A stretch of 62,910 nt of DNA, counting the filler, from Octopus bimaculoides (lineage: Eukaryota), in assembly GCF_001194135.2 (NCBI RefSeq). It is 5 parts of 4 records of this genome, joined end to end, with 100 filler letters (N's around TTAATTAATTAA, not from the genome) between each part and the next. Parts side by side here need not be neighbours in the genome. Positions count along the whole stretch, not along the records: positions 1 to 22,971 come from NC_068990.1; 4 more parts are not named here. One strand, given 5' to 3'. Made by a program: the position numbers and the translations under genes. Below, piece by piece: positions 1 to 12,211 of this stretch (its first letter is position 1; each line of letters begins with the position of its first letter). Below the pieces are notes generated by a model. That model was not told where the DNA came from. It saw nothing but the letters and a program-made list of their open reading frames with translations, and ran no database searches.

Positions 1-49
1 ATATATGTATATATATGTATATACATACATACATACATACATACATACA

Positions 50-80
<31 letters not shown>
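1..80. repeat. (TACA)n microsatellite, probably the expanded 3' tail of the adjacent LINE
   Basis: About 15 perfect TACA units directly abut the 3' end of the minus-strand RTE. Confidence 0.95.
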
Positions 81-82
<2 letters not shown>

Positions 83-1765
83 GATGAGTGCCACTTCTTT
101 ACAGAAGAAGGCCATCTCTTCAATTAATAAACACTGTCATGAGATCTTATATGACTTGCAAGTCCTGCACTTGACAAACAAACTCTACTGCAGATCTTAC
201 AAGTATTTTAAAGCAGAAAAGTGTCTGGGATTGTAGTTAAGTCCTGTCTACGAAGTACTCGTTTCAAGATAGATTGTTCAATTCTTCGAGCTTCAAATAC
301 TTTTCATCTATTGTAGATCATTTGTTTCCAAACCGATCGATCTTGCGTCATCTGCTCCCAGTCTTCAACTTTCACATTAAGAGCCTTAATGTTGCTTTTG
401 ACAGCATCCCTAAAACGTTTCTTAGGTTTATGTCTTGAACGTTTGCCACGCTGCAACTCTCCGCAAAACAACTGCTTTGGCAACCTGTCATCCTGCATTC
501 TAACAAGGTGCCCAACCCAACGCACCCGATTACGTATGAGGATCATTTCAATACTGAATGTGTTAGCTTGCTGAAGAACAACGGTGTCTGGTGTTAAAGA
601 TATCCATTCGATGTCTAGTATCCTCCTTAGGCAAGTTTGATGGAATCTTTCTAAAGTCTTGATGTGGCGCCGATATGTCGTCCAGGTCTCAGAAGAGAAC
701 AGGAGGACCGTTAAAACGCAAAATTCATAGATAATAAGTTCAGTTTTGAAGGTGATATCTCTATCAGATCACACGTGATTTTCAAGCCTTCCAAATGCTT
801 TGCTGGCTTTTTCAATTCTCATGTTTATTTCATAATCAAGAGATCCATCTCTAGAGAGAGTGCTGCCAAGGTAGATGAACGAGCCAACAACATCTAATCT
901 TGCACCCTGAACAAAGATGTTAGGTTCCATATAGGGTCGGCCTGGTAGCTGAGAGAACATGATCTTTGTTTTCTTTAGACTGATGGTAAGTCCAAAGGCA
1001 ATACAAGCTCTAGAGAAGAGGTCCAATATAAGCCTGCATGTCCTCCTCGGTGTCAGCAACGAGAACTACATCATCAGCATAAAGGAGCTCGCGAACAAGG
1101 GCCTGGAATGGCTTCGACTTTGCATTAAAGCGTTTCACATCAAAGACCTTACCTGTGCTTCTGAAGCGTATATAGACGCCGATATTACAGTCTTGGAAAA
1201 CGTGCAAGTTAGTTACAGCAAAATATATGGAAAAAGTGTTAGAGCAGCAATATAACCTTGTTTAACTCTGTTATCGATGGAAATTGGTTCTGATAGTGAC
1301 CCATTGAAGCTAAAACGAGCTTTCATATCACTATGAAGTTGCTTAAACAAGTTGACAAATTGAGGTGGACATCCAAGTTTACCAAGAATGGTCCGGAGAA
1401 CGGTCCTATTAACAGTGTCGAAGGCTTTTCATAAGTCAACAAATACCTGGTAAAGAGCTATGCGATGTTCGATGCACTTCTCCTGGAGTTGACGATCAAA
1501 AAAAATCAATCATGTTCATTGTGCCACGACTTGATCTAAAACCACACTGACTCTCGAGGATGGCCGAGGGGCATATCCATATTGTTAGCCGATTAAGTAA
1601 AAGTTTTGCAAAAACCTTACCAACTATTTTAAGCAGGCCTGTACCTCTGTAATTGCCACACTCGGATTTGGATCCTTTTCCTTTGAATAATGAAATTAAA
1701 ATAGCATCATCCCAGTCCTGAGGAACAGGAGCACCCAACCAGATGTCTGAGATTAGATGGTGCAA
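80..1765 (-). mobile_element. Decayed RTE (BovB-like) LINE, 3' portion of the reverse transcriptase ORF
   Basis: Frameshifted pieces give WLGAPVPQDW...KGSKSECGNYRG...QCGFRSSRGT, VDL*KAFD, RELLYADD (YADD at 1070-1081), FIYLGS and RVRWVGHLVRMQDDRLPKQL. A C-terminal C2H2 motif CKICSRVCLSSAGLASHIRSH lies at ~135-205. Multiple stops are present. Confidence 0.93.
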
Positions 1766-1935
1766 AGGCTGATACAGTTTGGCACCAGTGACGTCGCAAC
1801 TGATTTCTATCACTGAGTGAACTGGAGCAATGTGAAGCAAAGTGTCTTGTTCAAGAACACAGCACACAGCCCGGTCCGGGAATCGAACTCACTGTCTTAT
1901 GATTGTGAACCCGATGCTCTAACCACTAAGCCTTC
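1765..1935 (-). mobile_element. 5' part of a tRNA-derived SINE joined to the RT fragment
   Basis: The reverse complement starts GGCTTAGTGGTTAGAGC (A box) and contains GAGTTCGATTCCC (B box). Body sequence of the same family recurs at ~15740-15870 and ~60740-60958. Confidence 0.8.
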
Positions 1936-3824
1936 ACGTAAAGCCGGAATAAATGCCGTAAAGCATTTTTTTTTTCCAATATGATAATGATTCTGCAAGC
2001 ACCCCGCCTTGATATAACAAAATATTGGATTCAAAATTTTGACACGAGGTCAGTAAATTTTGGGGTAAGGTCAAGTCGATTACCTCGACCACGCTACTCA
2101 ACTGGTGTTTATTTTCTAGACCTCGAAAGGGTGAAAGGCAAAGTCAATCTCTGTGGAATTTGAATTTAGAAACGCAAAGCCGGAAGAAATGCCGCTGAGC
2201 ATTTTGTGCAATGTGATTACGATTCTGCAAACTCGATCCCTGAATATAACTAAACATTAAAGACAATATTTAAGAAACATTTCCGGACACTGAACCTAAC
2301 GTTTGGCTTCGTGCAAAGCTCATCGGGAGAGTAATATGGGAGATAACTTTGAAGCGCTCTAGCGCTTTATATTCGGTTGAGTAGAAAACCTTTACGAAAC
2401 GATGACATAATGTTTCCTTATTACTAACCGACGGGAGAGCAAAAATTGCGATTAATCAAAAAAATACGTTTTCGCAAAATGTATTTAAGAATTAATTAAC
2501 TCAATTTTCAACCAAATTATTAACTGAATTTTAACCACTGCTGTTTTTTTATTAGTATAATCAGAACATTGAAACAAAATAAGAATAACAACTATATAAT
2601 TTTAGTTAATTGTAATTTGATATACGAATTAATTGTACTGATCAAATTGTTCTTCGTAAAAATTAATCTTTCTTTATCGATTGGGCGAAATTTAAATGAA
2701 TAATTAATAAAAACTGATTCATTTCTATTTTTTTTTAAACTTGCGCTAGTTATATATTATTCCATTTATATATGTGTGTGTATATGAGCACGTATGTCCA
2801 TATATGAGTGTGTGTGTGTGTGTATTTGAATATGTGCGTAGCGATATGTATACACACACCACACAAGCACACGTTTGAATTTAAACTCTTACGTTTATAC
2901 ACCTGTCATTCCTCGGAGGTTTTCGTAAGATGGTTTCCAAAATCTTACAAGTATTGATAACACTTTCCTGCTGCAATAATTCACAATAAATAAATGAATA
3001 AATACATAACATAGTCATGTATTGCTATATATNNNNNNNNNNNNNNNNNNNNNNNNNNNNNNNNNNNNNNNNNNNNNNNNNNNNNNNNNNNNNNNNNNNN
3101 NNNNNNNNNNNNNNNNNNNNNNNNNNNNNNNNNNNNNNNNNNNNNNNNNNNNNNNNNNNNNNNNNNNNNNNNNNNNNNNNNNNNNNNNNNNNNNNNNNNN
3201 NNNNNNNNNNNNNNNNNNNNNNNNNNNNNNNNNNNNNNNNNNNNNNNNNNNNNNNNNNNNNNNNNNNNNNNNNNNNNNNNNNNNNNNNNNNNNNNNNNNN
3301 NNNNNNNNNNNNNNNNNNNNNNNNNNNNNNNNNNNNNNNNNNNNNNNNNNNNNNNNNNNNNNNNNNNNNNNNNNNNNNNNNNNNNNNNNNNNNNNNNNNN
3401 NNNNNNNNNNNNNNNNNNNNNNNNNNNNNNNNNNNNNNNNNNNNNNNNNNNNNNNNNNNNNNNNNNNNNNNNNNNNNNNNNNNNNNNNNNNNNNNNNNNN
3501 NNNNNNNNNNNNNNNNNNNNNNNNNNNNNNNNNNNNNNNNNNNNNNNNNNNNNNNNNNNNNNNNNNNNNNNNNNNNNNNNNNNNNNNNNNNNNNNNNNNN
3601 NNNNNNNNNNNNNNNNNNNNNNNNNNNNNNNNNNNNNNNNNNNNNNNNNNNNNNNNNNNNNNNNNNNNNNNNNNNNNNNNNNNNNNNNNNNNNNNNNNNN
3701 NNNNNNNNNNNNNNNNNNNNNNNNNNNNNNNNNNNNNNNNNNNNNNNNNNNNNNNNNNNNNNNNNNNNNNNNNNNNNNNNNNNNNNNNNNNNNNNNNNNN
3801 NNNNNNNNNNNNNNNNNNNNNNNN

Positions 3825-3876
<52 letters not shown>

Positions 3877-4654
3877 TCTTTCTCTCTCTTTCTATCTATC
3901 TATCTCTCTGTCTGTCTGTGTATAGGTATATTTGTTACTCAATCTATAAATCTATATATCTATCTGTCTCTCTCTCCACTTCATCTGTCCACCCATCTGT
4001 CTCTTTGTCTATTGACCCATGTATTGATCTAGTAATCAATCTGTCTACATCAATAAGCTTGTTTCCTCTAACAATGTGTATTCATTTATAATGTATATAT
4101 ATACAAGACACTGGAATATCAATTCTCTAGTTCATTCTAGAATACCATTTCCAAACCTACCTCCATACCATTCTATTTACTATCTAAAGTAGAATTTCAC
4201 AGTTAACCACGTATACACGGTTCCATCTGCTAATTCTGTATCACATCTCATGCTAGTGTCTAATATTGGTTTTCTTTTGACTAAACGAAAAAAGGTACAA
4301 ACTTTTAAAGAGGTGTGTGAAAGTCGGGATGGTCTTCCAACTCCCAGAGTCTTTAACTGTGAATATGAAATGGTTTTAAACAGGAACTGAATTCATATAA
4401 TGGAATTTTAGTTGCAGAAAAAATAAAACTTTTGAAAGAAACAGTCACTTCATGTTCGTTTCTTCACGAATAAAATGAAAGAAATTCCACTTCAATGCCA
4501 ATATATTTGGACGAGCAAAGGAATGCCTTGACGGTCGTATGTTCTGCTAAAATTCACAGCCATATCTCTCCCAAATTTAAATCTCCCCTCATAAAAAGAT
4601 GAAGAGCACATTTGGTTTTGAAATGTAGTTTAGGTGAAAAGTAAACGGTAGTCT

Positions 4655-5325
4655 TTTATTCTTTAACTTGTTTCAGTCATTTGACTGCGGCCATGCTGGA
4701 GCACTGCCTTGAAGGGTTTTAGTCGAACAATTCGACTCCAAGACTTGTTTCTTAAGCCTAGTACTTATTCTATCAGTTATTTGCCGAGCCGCTAAGTTAC
4801 GTGGGCATAAACATACCAACACCGGTTGTCAAGCAGTGATGGGGGACAAACACAGGCATAAAGAAACACACACACACATAAATATATATATNNNNNNNNN
4901 NNNNNNNNNNNNNNNNNNNNNNNNNNNNNNNNNNNNNNNNNNNNNNNNNNNNNNNNNNNNNNNNNNNNNNNNNNNNNNNNNNNNNNNNNNNNNNNNNNNN
5001 NNNNNNNNNNNNNNNNNNNNNNNNNNNNNNNNNNNNNNNNNNNNNNNNNNNNNNNNNNNNNNNNNNNNNNNNNNNNNNNNNNNNNNNNNNNNNNNNNNNN
5101 NNNNNNNNNNNNNNNNNNNNNNNNNNNNNNNNNNNNNNNNNNNNNNATATATATATACATATATATATGACGGGCTTCTTTCAGATTCCGTCTACCAAAC
5201 CCATTCACAAGGCTTTGGTCAGCCCTAAGCTATAGTAGCTTGCCGAAGGTGCCACGCAATGGAACTGAATTTGGAACCAGATGGTTGGGAAGCAAGGTTC
5301 TTACCACACAGTCACACCTGCACCT
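4655..5325 (-). mobile_element. CORE-type tRNA SINE (OR2-like) with an internal (TA/TG)n tract, spanning a gap
   Basis: Family head GTGTGGTAAGAAGC...GGTTCAGTCCCAC and CORE-like GGCACCTTGGGCAAGT; tail GCAGTCAAATGACTGAAACAAGT. Other copies at ~7825-8285(-), 16095-16485(+), 16500-16640(+), 17465-17695(+), 20800-21200(+), 24250-24662(-), 37690-37810(+), 43543-43885(+), 43925-44135(+), 45775-45978(+), 54150-54480(-) and 57140-57280(-). The OR2 name is from recall. Confidence 0.85.
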
Positions 5326-6496
5326 ACACACTATCGCTCCAGAAAAGAAAGGACACCTTTGAATAATGTAGTCATATATGCGTAATGCTCAAGATAGAGA
5401 GGTGGTGATAGCTGCTGCACCTTTAACCATAGATTTCCTCGATCTGAGCTGACCCGGGGTTAAACACCACCGACAACAATCTTTATCTTTTCTGGAGTAG
5501 AAATTACAATTTCTGTTCGTAAAGGATCACAGAAAGATTATCTGTATTTGATTAAAACGTTCGATATATTTATGTAGCTTTTTCTGTTGTCGTTGTTGTT
5601 TAGCCACAGGTCAGTATCCATTAAGTAACCGTAACGAATCAGTGATCATCCGATATCAGCGACAAACTTGTCTAATATATTATTCTTTATTTAGGACGGT
5701 AGGACGTGATTTCAACGAGATTTCAGCCGGTAGGACATGATTTCAGCGAGATTTGAGACTACTGTTTCAAGAGGACTGAAAAACTGTCTAAAGCAATGAT
5801 AACGAATCTTTTGTTAGTCCGACTTGTCAAAATTTTAATTTTCTTAATAATCCAGTTATTAGAATGTATTTCAACCTTTTGAACGCCGAAAGCGGATATA
5901 TCCGATCAAAATTATATAACCGTTAACTGCGGAAAGCAGTTTTATCCCAAAGACTTTGAAACAAAGAAAATCCCTCTCCTTATACTGCAGGAAGCGGAGA
6001 CACATCCAATGGCACCTTTTACAAAAGATAGCTTTTCAGATTTTCTCATATTCCTTCATATCTCTTTACAGAACAATAACACTGTGTAACACGATTTTTT
6101 GCCCTTGAGTGCAAACTGATATGTTCTATTTGCTCACCCATAGAAAGTATAGAAAATGGCCTTCGAAATATGCTTTCGCTATGCTTATTCCAACGTCAAA
6201 GAATCCGTTTCAACATGTGGTTATGATGCTCCCCCACTACTCCTGTTCATCATCAGAGATGTACATATTCCTGAAGCTCAAGCAACTGACAAGTAAATTT
6301 GTGGTATTAAGCAGAATATTTGTTGTAATGATATTTCTGCATCAGTAACTCAGTGTTGAATAATCTGTCTGAAATTTAAAGGAAAATAGGTCAGTTTCAA
6401 AACATTGATGTCCAGGTGACAAAAGCAAAGTTTGAAGGGAGTAGCAGCCTTTTCTTTCATTTCTAGATAGACACAAATAAGAAATAACACTTACTG

Positions 6497-6885
6497 TGTT
6501 TGTTGTTGGCACTCTGTCGCTTACGACGTCGAGGGTTCCAGTTGATCCGATCAACGGAACAGCCTGCTCGTGAAATTAACGTGCAAGTGGCTGAGCACTC
6601 CACAGACACGTGTACCCTTAACGTAGTTCTCGGGGATATTCAGCGTGACACAGTGTGACAAGGCTGATCCTTTGAATTACAGGCACAACAGAAACAGGAA
6701 GTAAAAGTGAGAGAAAGTTGTGGTGAAAGAGTAGAGCAGGGTTCGCCACCATCCCCTGCCGGAGCCTCGTGGAGCTTTAGGTGTTTTCGCTCAATAAATA
6801 CTCACAACGCCCGATCTGGGAATCGAAACCGCGATCCTATGACTGCGAGTCCGCTGCCCTAACCACAAGGCCATTGCGCCTCCAC
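6497..6885 (-). mobile_element. Full-length young tRNA SINE (~390 bp, family C) with an 11-bp TSD
   Basis: Head GTGGAGGCGCAATGGCC...GGTTTCGATTCCC and (AAC)n-like tail. Direct repeat AACACTTACTG at 6486-6496 and 6886-6896. Nearly collinear with the copy at 49623-50006. Confidence 0.92.
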
Positions 6886-7779
6886 AACACTTACTGACCA
6901 AAGGCAGAAAAAAAAAGTTGTTACACAGTGTAATCAAATATTTTGAGAGACACTGAAAAACTACAGCAGAAGAAAAACTCAAGTCTATTTTTTGGTGGAC
7001 AATTAACATCTTTACAGGAATAATCATGGAATTTAATTACGTAATTAAATGGTTAAAACTAATCTAAAATGGATATATTCTAGCTTTAACTAAAATTTAT
7101 ATATTTAAATCTAAAATTTATCTATTTTCTAAAATGCATCTACTTTAGGAATTGCACATGGATAGGTTATTTATAACATGTTAGCGCAGGGATATTTTTG
7201 TTTCGAAAGTGCAACGCGTGTCGCCTAAAAACCTGCAGCGTGTCACTACTGATATATGTCGTGGATTCGTATCACTGGCCTAGAGGTTACTTCACTGGTT
7301 TATCTTAATGCAGTCTTTCAGTATAACTAATACAATAACAAGCAGTGTCTACAAACCTTCATGATAACCGTAATGAACAAGTCAGAATTTCCTCCAGTTA
7401 TAAATGAGATAAATCCTTGTCTTGTCTCGATAGTCCACTCGACACTAAGAGCCATCATACTTAATGTAGTACAGAAAATAATAATTAAACTTAAATAATA
7501 CCTATGCAGTGAGGCTTGTTTGTGTACGTTATTGTAATCAATATATTGATCAACTTGTGATTAATTTGGCAGGTACAGAGAAAGCTGTGCTTTGCTGAGA
7601 CGATGGAACACGGTGCGAAGGAGATGGGGGTATAAAGAGATAGAAACATATCCATATTTGTCGCCCGTATTTGCCAAAATTAGATTAAAGCAATCTCAAC
7701 TGTTGGGTTAATGTTTTCTTCTCCTCAGTGCATTAATATCATGTATATGTATATGTCTTGTACTAAATGTTTGTGTGTA

Positions 7780-7825
<46 letters not shown>

Positions 7826-8626
7826 TATCTTTTATCTTTTACTTACTTGCTTCAGTCATTTGACTGCGACCATGCTGGGGCACCGCCTTGAAGAAGTTTT
7901 AGTTGGTTGAATCGACTGTGGTACTTTCTTTTTTATTTTTTAAAATATTTTTGTTATTCTGATACTTTTTCTATCGTTTTCTTTTGCCTAACTGCTAAGT
8001 TACGGGGTGTAAACACACCAAAACCGGTTGTCAAGTGGCGGTGGTGGACACACACACACACACGCCCGCATACACACACACGCGCATACACACACACGCT
8101 CACACTCACACAAACACATACATACTCATACGCATTCGACGGTCCTCCGTAGAGTTTTCTTCCATCAATTTCACTCACAAGGCCTTAGTTATCCTAGGGT
8201 TATAGTACAAGATTCTTGTCCAAAGTATTACTTGGTGAGACTGAACCGAAAATCAGATGATTGGGAAGCGAACGTCTTAACCAAAAAGTCATGCTGTTCA
8301 TTTATTTCTTCATTTATTCGTTCGGAGTTCATGATTCAACCCGTCTTCCTCTCTACGTGCGATCCCTTCAGGTCACAAGTTGCTTTTATCACTTGAAGCA
8401 TCGGAGAGTTTTTGAACAAAATGCATTAGGCTTTTCCCCAAATTTTTATATCGGAGAGAGTGTACAGAGAGAAAGAGATAAACACATAATTATACCTAAT
8501 TCAGTAAATATATATAATTGCAGCGGTAAGTATATGGCATAGATCGTCTAAAAAATGTTACGAAACAGTGAAAGGAAATTATAACGTAATGCACCTAAGG
8601 CAGTGTAAAAAAATATTGTGAATAAC

Positions 8627-8679
<53 letters not shown>

Positions 8680-9289
8680 TAATAATATATTAGCGACAGT
8701 TAAAATGTGAAGTATTTTCTATACGTGTAATTGTAGAATGATAGTATTTTTCTTTTCAAAATAAAGCTGAAAGAGAAAAATACAATACAGCAGTTAAGTT
8801 TGACAAAAGATGTATGAGAAAAAAATAATATGTGAAAATATATCAACATATCACTGAGGCTAATTACTTATAGATGCCATCTGCACGAAGAAACAATAGT
8901 TAAGTCGGTGTGTTAAGATATTTAATGCACTGAGCGTCAAAAATGGAATTAGAAATATTTATGTCATTAGAATTTACTTAAGTCGCGAGATGTGATATAA
9001 TTCGCTTTTTATGGTTTAAGTCGAAGTAGATAAAACTATAAACAATGGCTTGTAAATAGTAGGTTAAAAAAAAACATCTAGATAAAAAAATATCGGAAAT
9101 TACATTATCTAACTACATTAACTAACTTTTCAAAGCAGCTGAGAATCTTCTAAGGAAAATTAAGCTGCTATTTCTAGCCTATCATAAGGTCTAGTATACT
9201 ATTAATGTAATAATATTGGTTTCAACTTTCGGCACAAAACCACAAAACCACCAATTTTTGTGGTGGAGGGATAATCGCTCACTGCCTTA

Positions 9290-9920
9290 ATAATAATCTC
9301 AAATGTTGGCGCAAGGCCAGCAATTTCAGGGAAGGGGATATGTCGATTACATCGACCCCAGTGTTCAACTGATATTCCGAAAGGATGAAAGACAAAGACG
9401 ACCTCGGCGGAATTTGAACTCAGAAAGTAAGGCCGGACGAAATCCCACTAAGAATTTTATCCGGCGTACTAACGATTTTGCCAGCTCACCGCCTTTCACC
9501 GTCTTTATAATAATAATAATCCTTTCTAATTTTGGCACATTGAAGAGAGAGGTAAGTCTATTATAACGACCTCAGTATTTAACTGGTGCTTTTTCTTTAA
9601 ATCGACACCGATAGGAGATGATAGACAAAGTTGACCACGGCAAACGTAAAGAACCAGAATAGGAAATGCCGCGAAGCATTCTGTCCGATGGGCTAACGAT
9701 TTTGCCAGCCCACCGCCTTCTTAATAATGATAATAATCCTTTTTATTACAGGCAAAAGGGCTGAAATTTTGGATGAAGGGGTCTAGTCAATTACATCGGC
9801 TCAAAGGAATAAAAGCCGAAGTCGATCTCGACGGATTTTGAACCCAGGACGAAAAGACGGACGAAATGCCGTTAAACATTTGTCCGGCGTCCAAACGATT
9901 CTGCCAGCTCACTGCCTTAG
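9290..9920 (-). mobile_element. Cluster of family-B tRNA SINE copies
   Basis: Repeated GTCGACCTCGGCGGAATTTGAACTCAG...TTCTGCCAGCTC(G/A)CCGCC blocks. The same family occurs at ~1935-2240, 11720-12410, 17745-17880, 19945-20130, 34555-34760, 37060-37210, 55425-55640, 56717-56945, 57310-57525, 60182-60470 and 62710-62910. Confidence 0.88.
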
Positions 9921-9922
9921 AT

Positions 9923-9983
<61 letters not shown>

Positions 9984-9992
9984 TTTCTTTTT

Positions 9993-10506
9993 TGCTGTCA
10001 AGTCCAAAAAAAAAATTGGTACGACCACAAACTCGAAGTCATCGTCGAAAATAGAAATGCAAAGATCCTATGGGATTTTATGATTCAGTGCGACCATGAG
10101 ATAGAGAATAGGAAGCTAGACATAGTCTTAATTGAGAAAGAAAACAAACTATACTGGATCATAGATATAGCATGCCCAGCTGACAACAAGGTATACGATA
10201 AGGAAGAAAGAAAAGTCGAGAGATATGACAGGTTAACTTGGGAAGTTAAGCAGCTGTGGTCGAGGAAAATGGTAGCAGTAGTACCAATAATTGTTGGAGC
10301 CCTGGGAACAGTGAGCAAAAATCTTGAGAAGTACATGGAAGAAATAGGGGCTGCAATAAAGGTGGAGCACTTGCTAAAAACGGCACTGCTTGGAACCGCT
10401 CGAATACTCCGGAAGGTGCTCGAAAAATAAGGTGTTACCTTAGTTCACTGGTAGTGAACAGCTGACACTGTAGTACATCTCCAGCGTTAGAAACTGTGCA
10501 AAAGCG
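9993..10506 (+). mobile_element. 5'-truncated non-LTR retrotransposon with a restriction-like endonuclease (R4/Dong-like), 3' end
   Basis: The open frame from ~10017 to 10430 reads WYDHKLEVIVENRNAKILWDFMIQCDHEIENRKLDIVLIEKENKLYWIIDIACP...VPIIVGALG...LLGTARILRKVLE*, matching the RxPD...(I/V)D(I/V)xxP RLE pattern. It is followed by a ~75-nt 3' UTR and then (ATG)n. Confidence 0.88.
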
Positions 10507-10511
10507 ATGAA

Positions 10512-10545
<34 letters not shown>

Positions 10546-10949
10546 NNNNNNNNNNNNNNNNNNNNNNNNNNNNNNNNNNNNNNNNNNNNNNNNNNNNNNN
10601 NNNNNNNNNNNNNNNNNNNNNNNNNNNNNNNNNNNNNNNNNNNNNNNNNNNNNNNNNNNNNNNNNNNNNNNNNNNNNNNNNNNNNNNNNNNNNNNNNNNN
10701 NNNNNNNNNNNNNNNNNNNNNNNNNNNNNNNNNNNNNNNNNNNNNNNNNNNNNNNNNNNNNNNNNNNNNNNNNNNNNNNNNNNNNNNNNNNNNNNNNNNN
10801 NNNNNNNNNNNNNNNNNNNNNNNNNNNNNNNNNNNNNNNNNNNNNNNNNNNNNNNNNNNNNNNNNNNNNNNNNNNNNNNNNNNNNNNNNNNNNNNNNNNN
10901 NNNNNNNNNNNNNNNNNNNNNNNNNNNNNNNNNNNNNNNTCTCTCTCTC

Positions 10950-11002
<53 letters not shown>

Positions 11003-11980
11003 ATCTATCTATCTATCTCGCTCTCTCTGTTCTTTCTGCATTCAAATAACGCTGACGGTTTAACAAAGAGTCTTTATATGGTCACGTGAGCTACTAGAAA
11101 TAGCAACCAAATCTGGCATCTTAAAGATAAAGGCCACACTGGACTACACAATGTAGTCAGGGAACTGAGATGGGATGGTGACGGATGGAACGCCTTAACA
11201 CAAATAATTCACACCGACGCTGGATTAAATTATTTTTTTTTATCTTCCTAATCCATTCTCTGGTTTACCACCATCACCTGGCTCTTGGCTGTCTTTCGTA
11301 CAATCCACTCTTTTGCAAGTAATTAGACCAGGTCTCTGAACTGTGGATAAGATGGCATTTTGACGAGTTGTTTCCTAGTAACCCACGCGCGATTTCTGCT
11401 TTCTTCTAATGAATCTCGGAGATGAAGATCATGTACAGTGAGACTACACCACCGACTTGAAAACAACGTAAAGGGTTCGATTAGTTCCCTTGTGTATATT
11501 ATTTATAATTCTGCTGTTGTTTTCTGCCGATTCAAAAGGAATTACTGTAAAAGATCATACATAACAGGCTATCATGTATAAGAGGTATCCCCATTTTGAA
11601 CTTAAATTATATTAAAAACTTTCAATAACATATGTAACAGGTCCTATTGCACAACTGTTACAAGGGTAGATAATCTACAATTATCGAATATTTTAGTTTT
11701 TAATATCTGTTTTCATGTTAGGGCGGCGAGTTAGCAGAATCAATAGTAGGTTAAGCAAAATGTTTGGCGTCATTTCGTTCGTCTTGACGTTCTGAGTTCA
11801 AATTCCGCCAAGGTTGACTTTGCCTTTTATCCTTTCGGGGTCGATAAAATAAGTACTAGCTGAGTGTTAGGGTCGATGTAATCGACTAATACCTTCCCTC
11901 AAAATTGCTGGCTTTGTGCCGAAATTTGAAATCAAGATTTGCTTTTGTGTTAGGGTGGTGAGCTGGCAGAATCATTAGTA

Positions 11981-12211
11981 GGCGGCGAGCTGGCAGAATC
12001 GTTACCACGCCGGGAGAAATGCTTAGCGGTATTTCGTCTGCCGTTACATTCTGAGTTCAAATTCCGCCGAGGACGACTTTGCCTTTCATCCTTTCCGGGT
12101 CGATAAATTAAGTACCAGTTACGCACTGGGGTCGATGTAATCGACTTAATCCCTTTGTCTGTCCTTGTTTTCCCCCTCTATGTTTAGCCCCTTGTGGACA
12201 ATAAAGAAATA
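11981..12211 (+). mobile_element. Young family-B SINE inserted into an older copy of the same family
   Basis: TSD AGAATCATTAGTA at 11968-11980 and 12212-12224. The host SINE head starts at ~11953 and resumes after the insert. Confidence 0.9.

Noticed and set aside
1860-1935. tRNA-like A/B boxes here and at many other sites
   Set aside because: These are SINE heads, with no acceptor stem or full cloverleaf.
3015-4032. Long ORFs spanning N runs (also 10507, 41731-42397, 46093, 52181, and the 482-aa 51588-53036 ORF as a whole)
   Set aside because: Their length comes from unknown bases. Only the gag part of the last ORF is real; its N-terminal part is translated LTR.
6138-6366. Good minus-strand acceptor and donor pair, plus a 46-aa plus-strand ORF
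   Set aside because: All three minus frames have early stops, and the plus ORF has no recognisable homology or partner exon.
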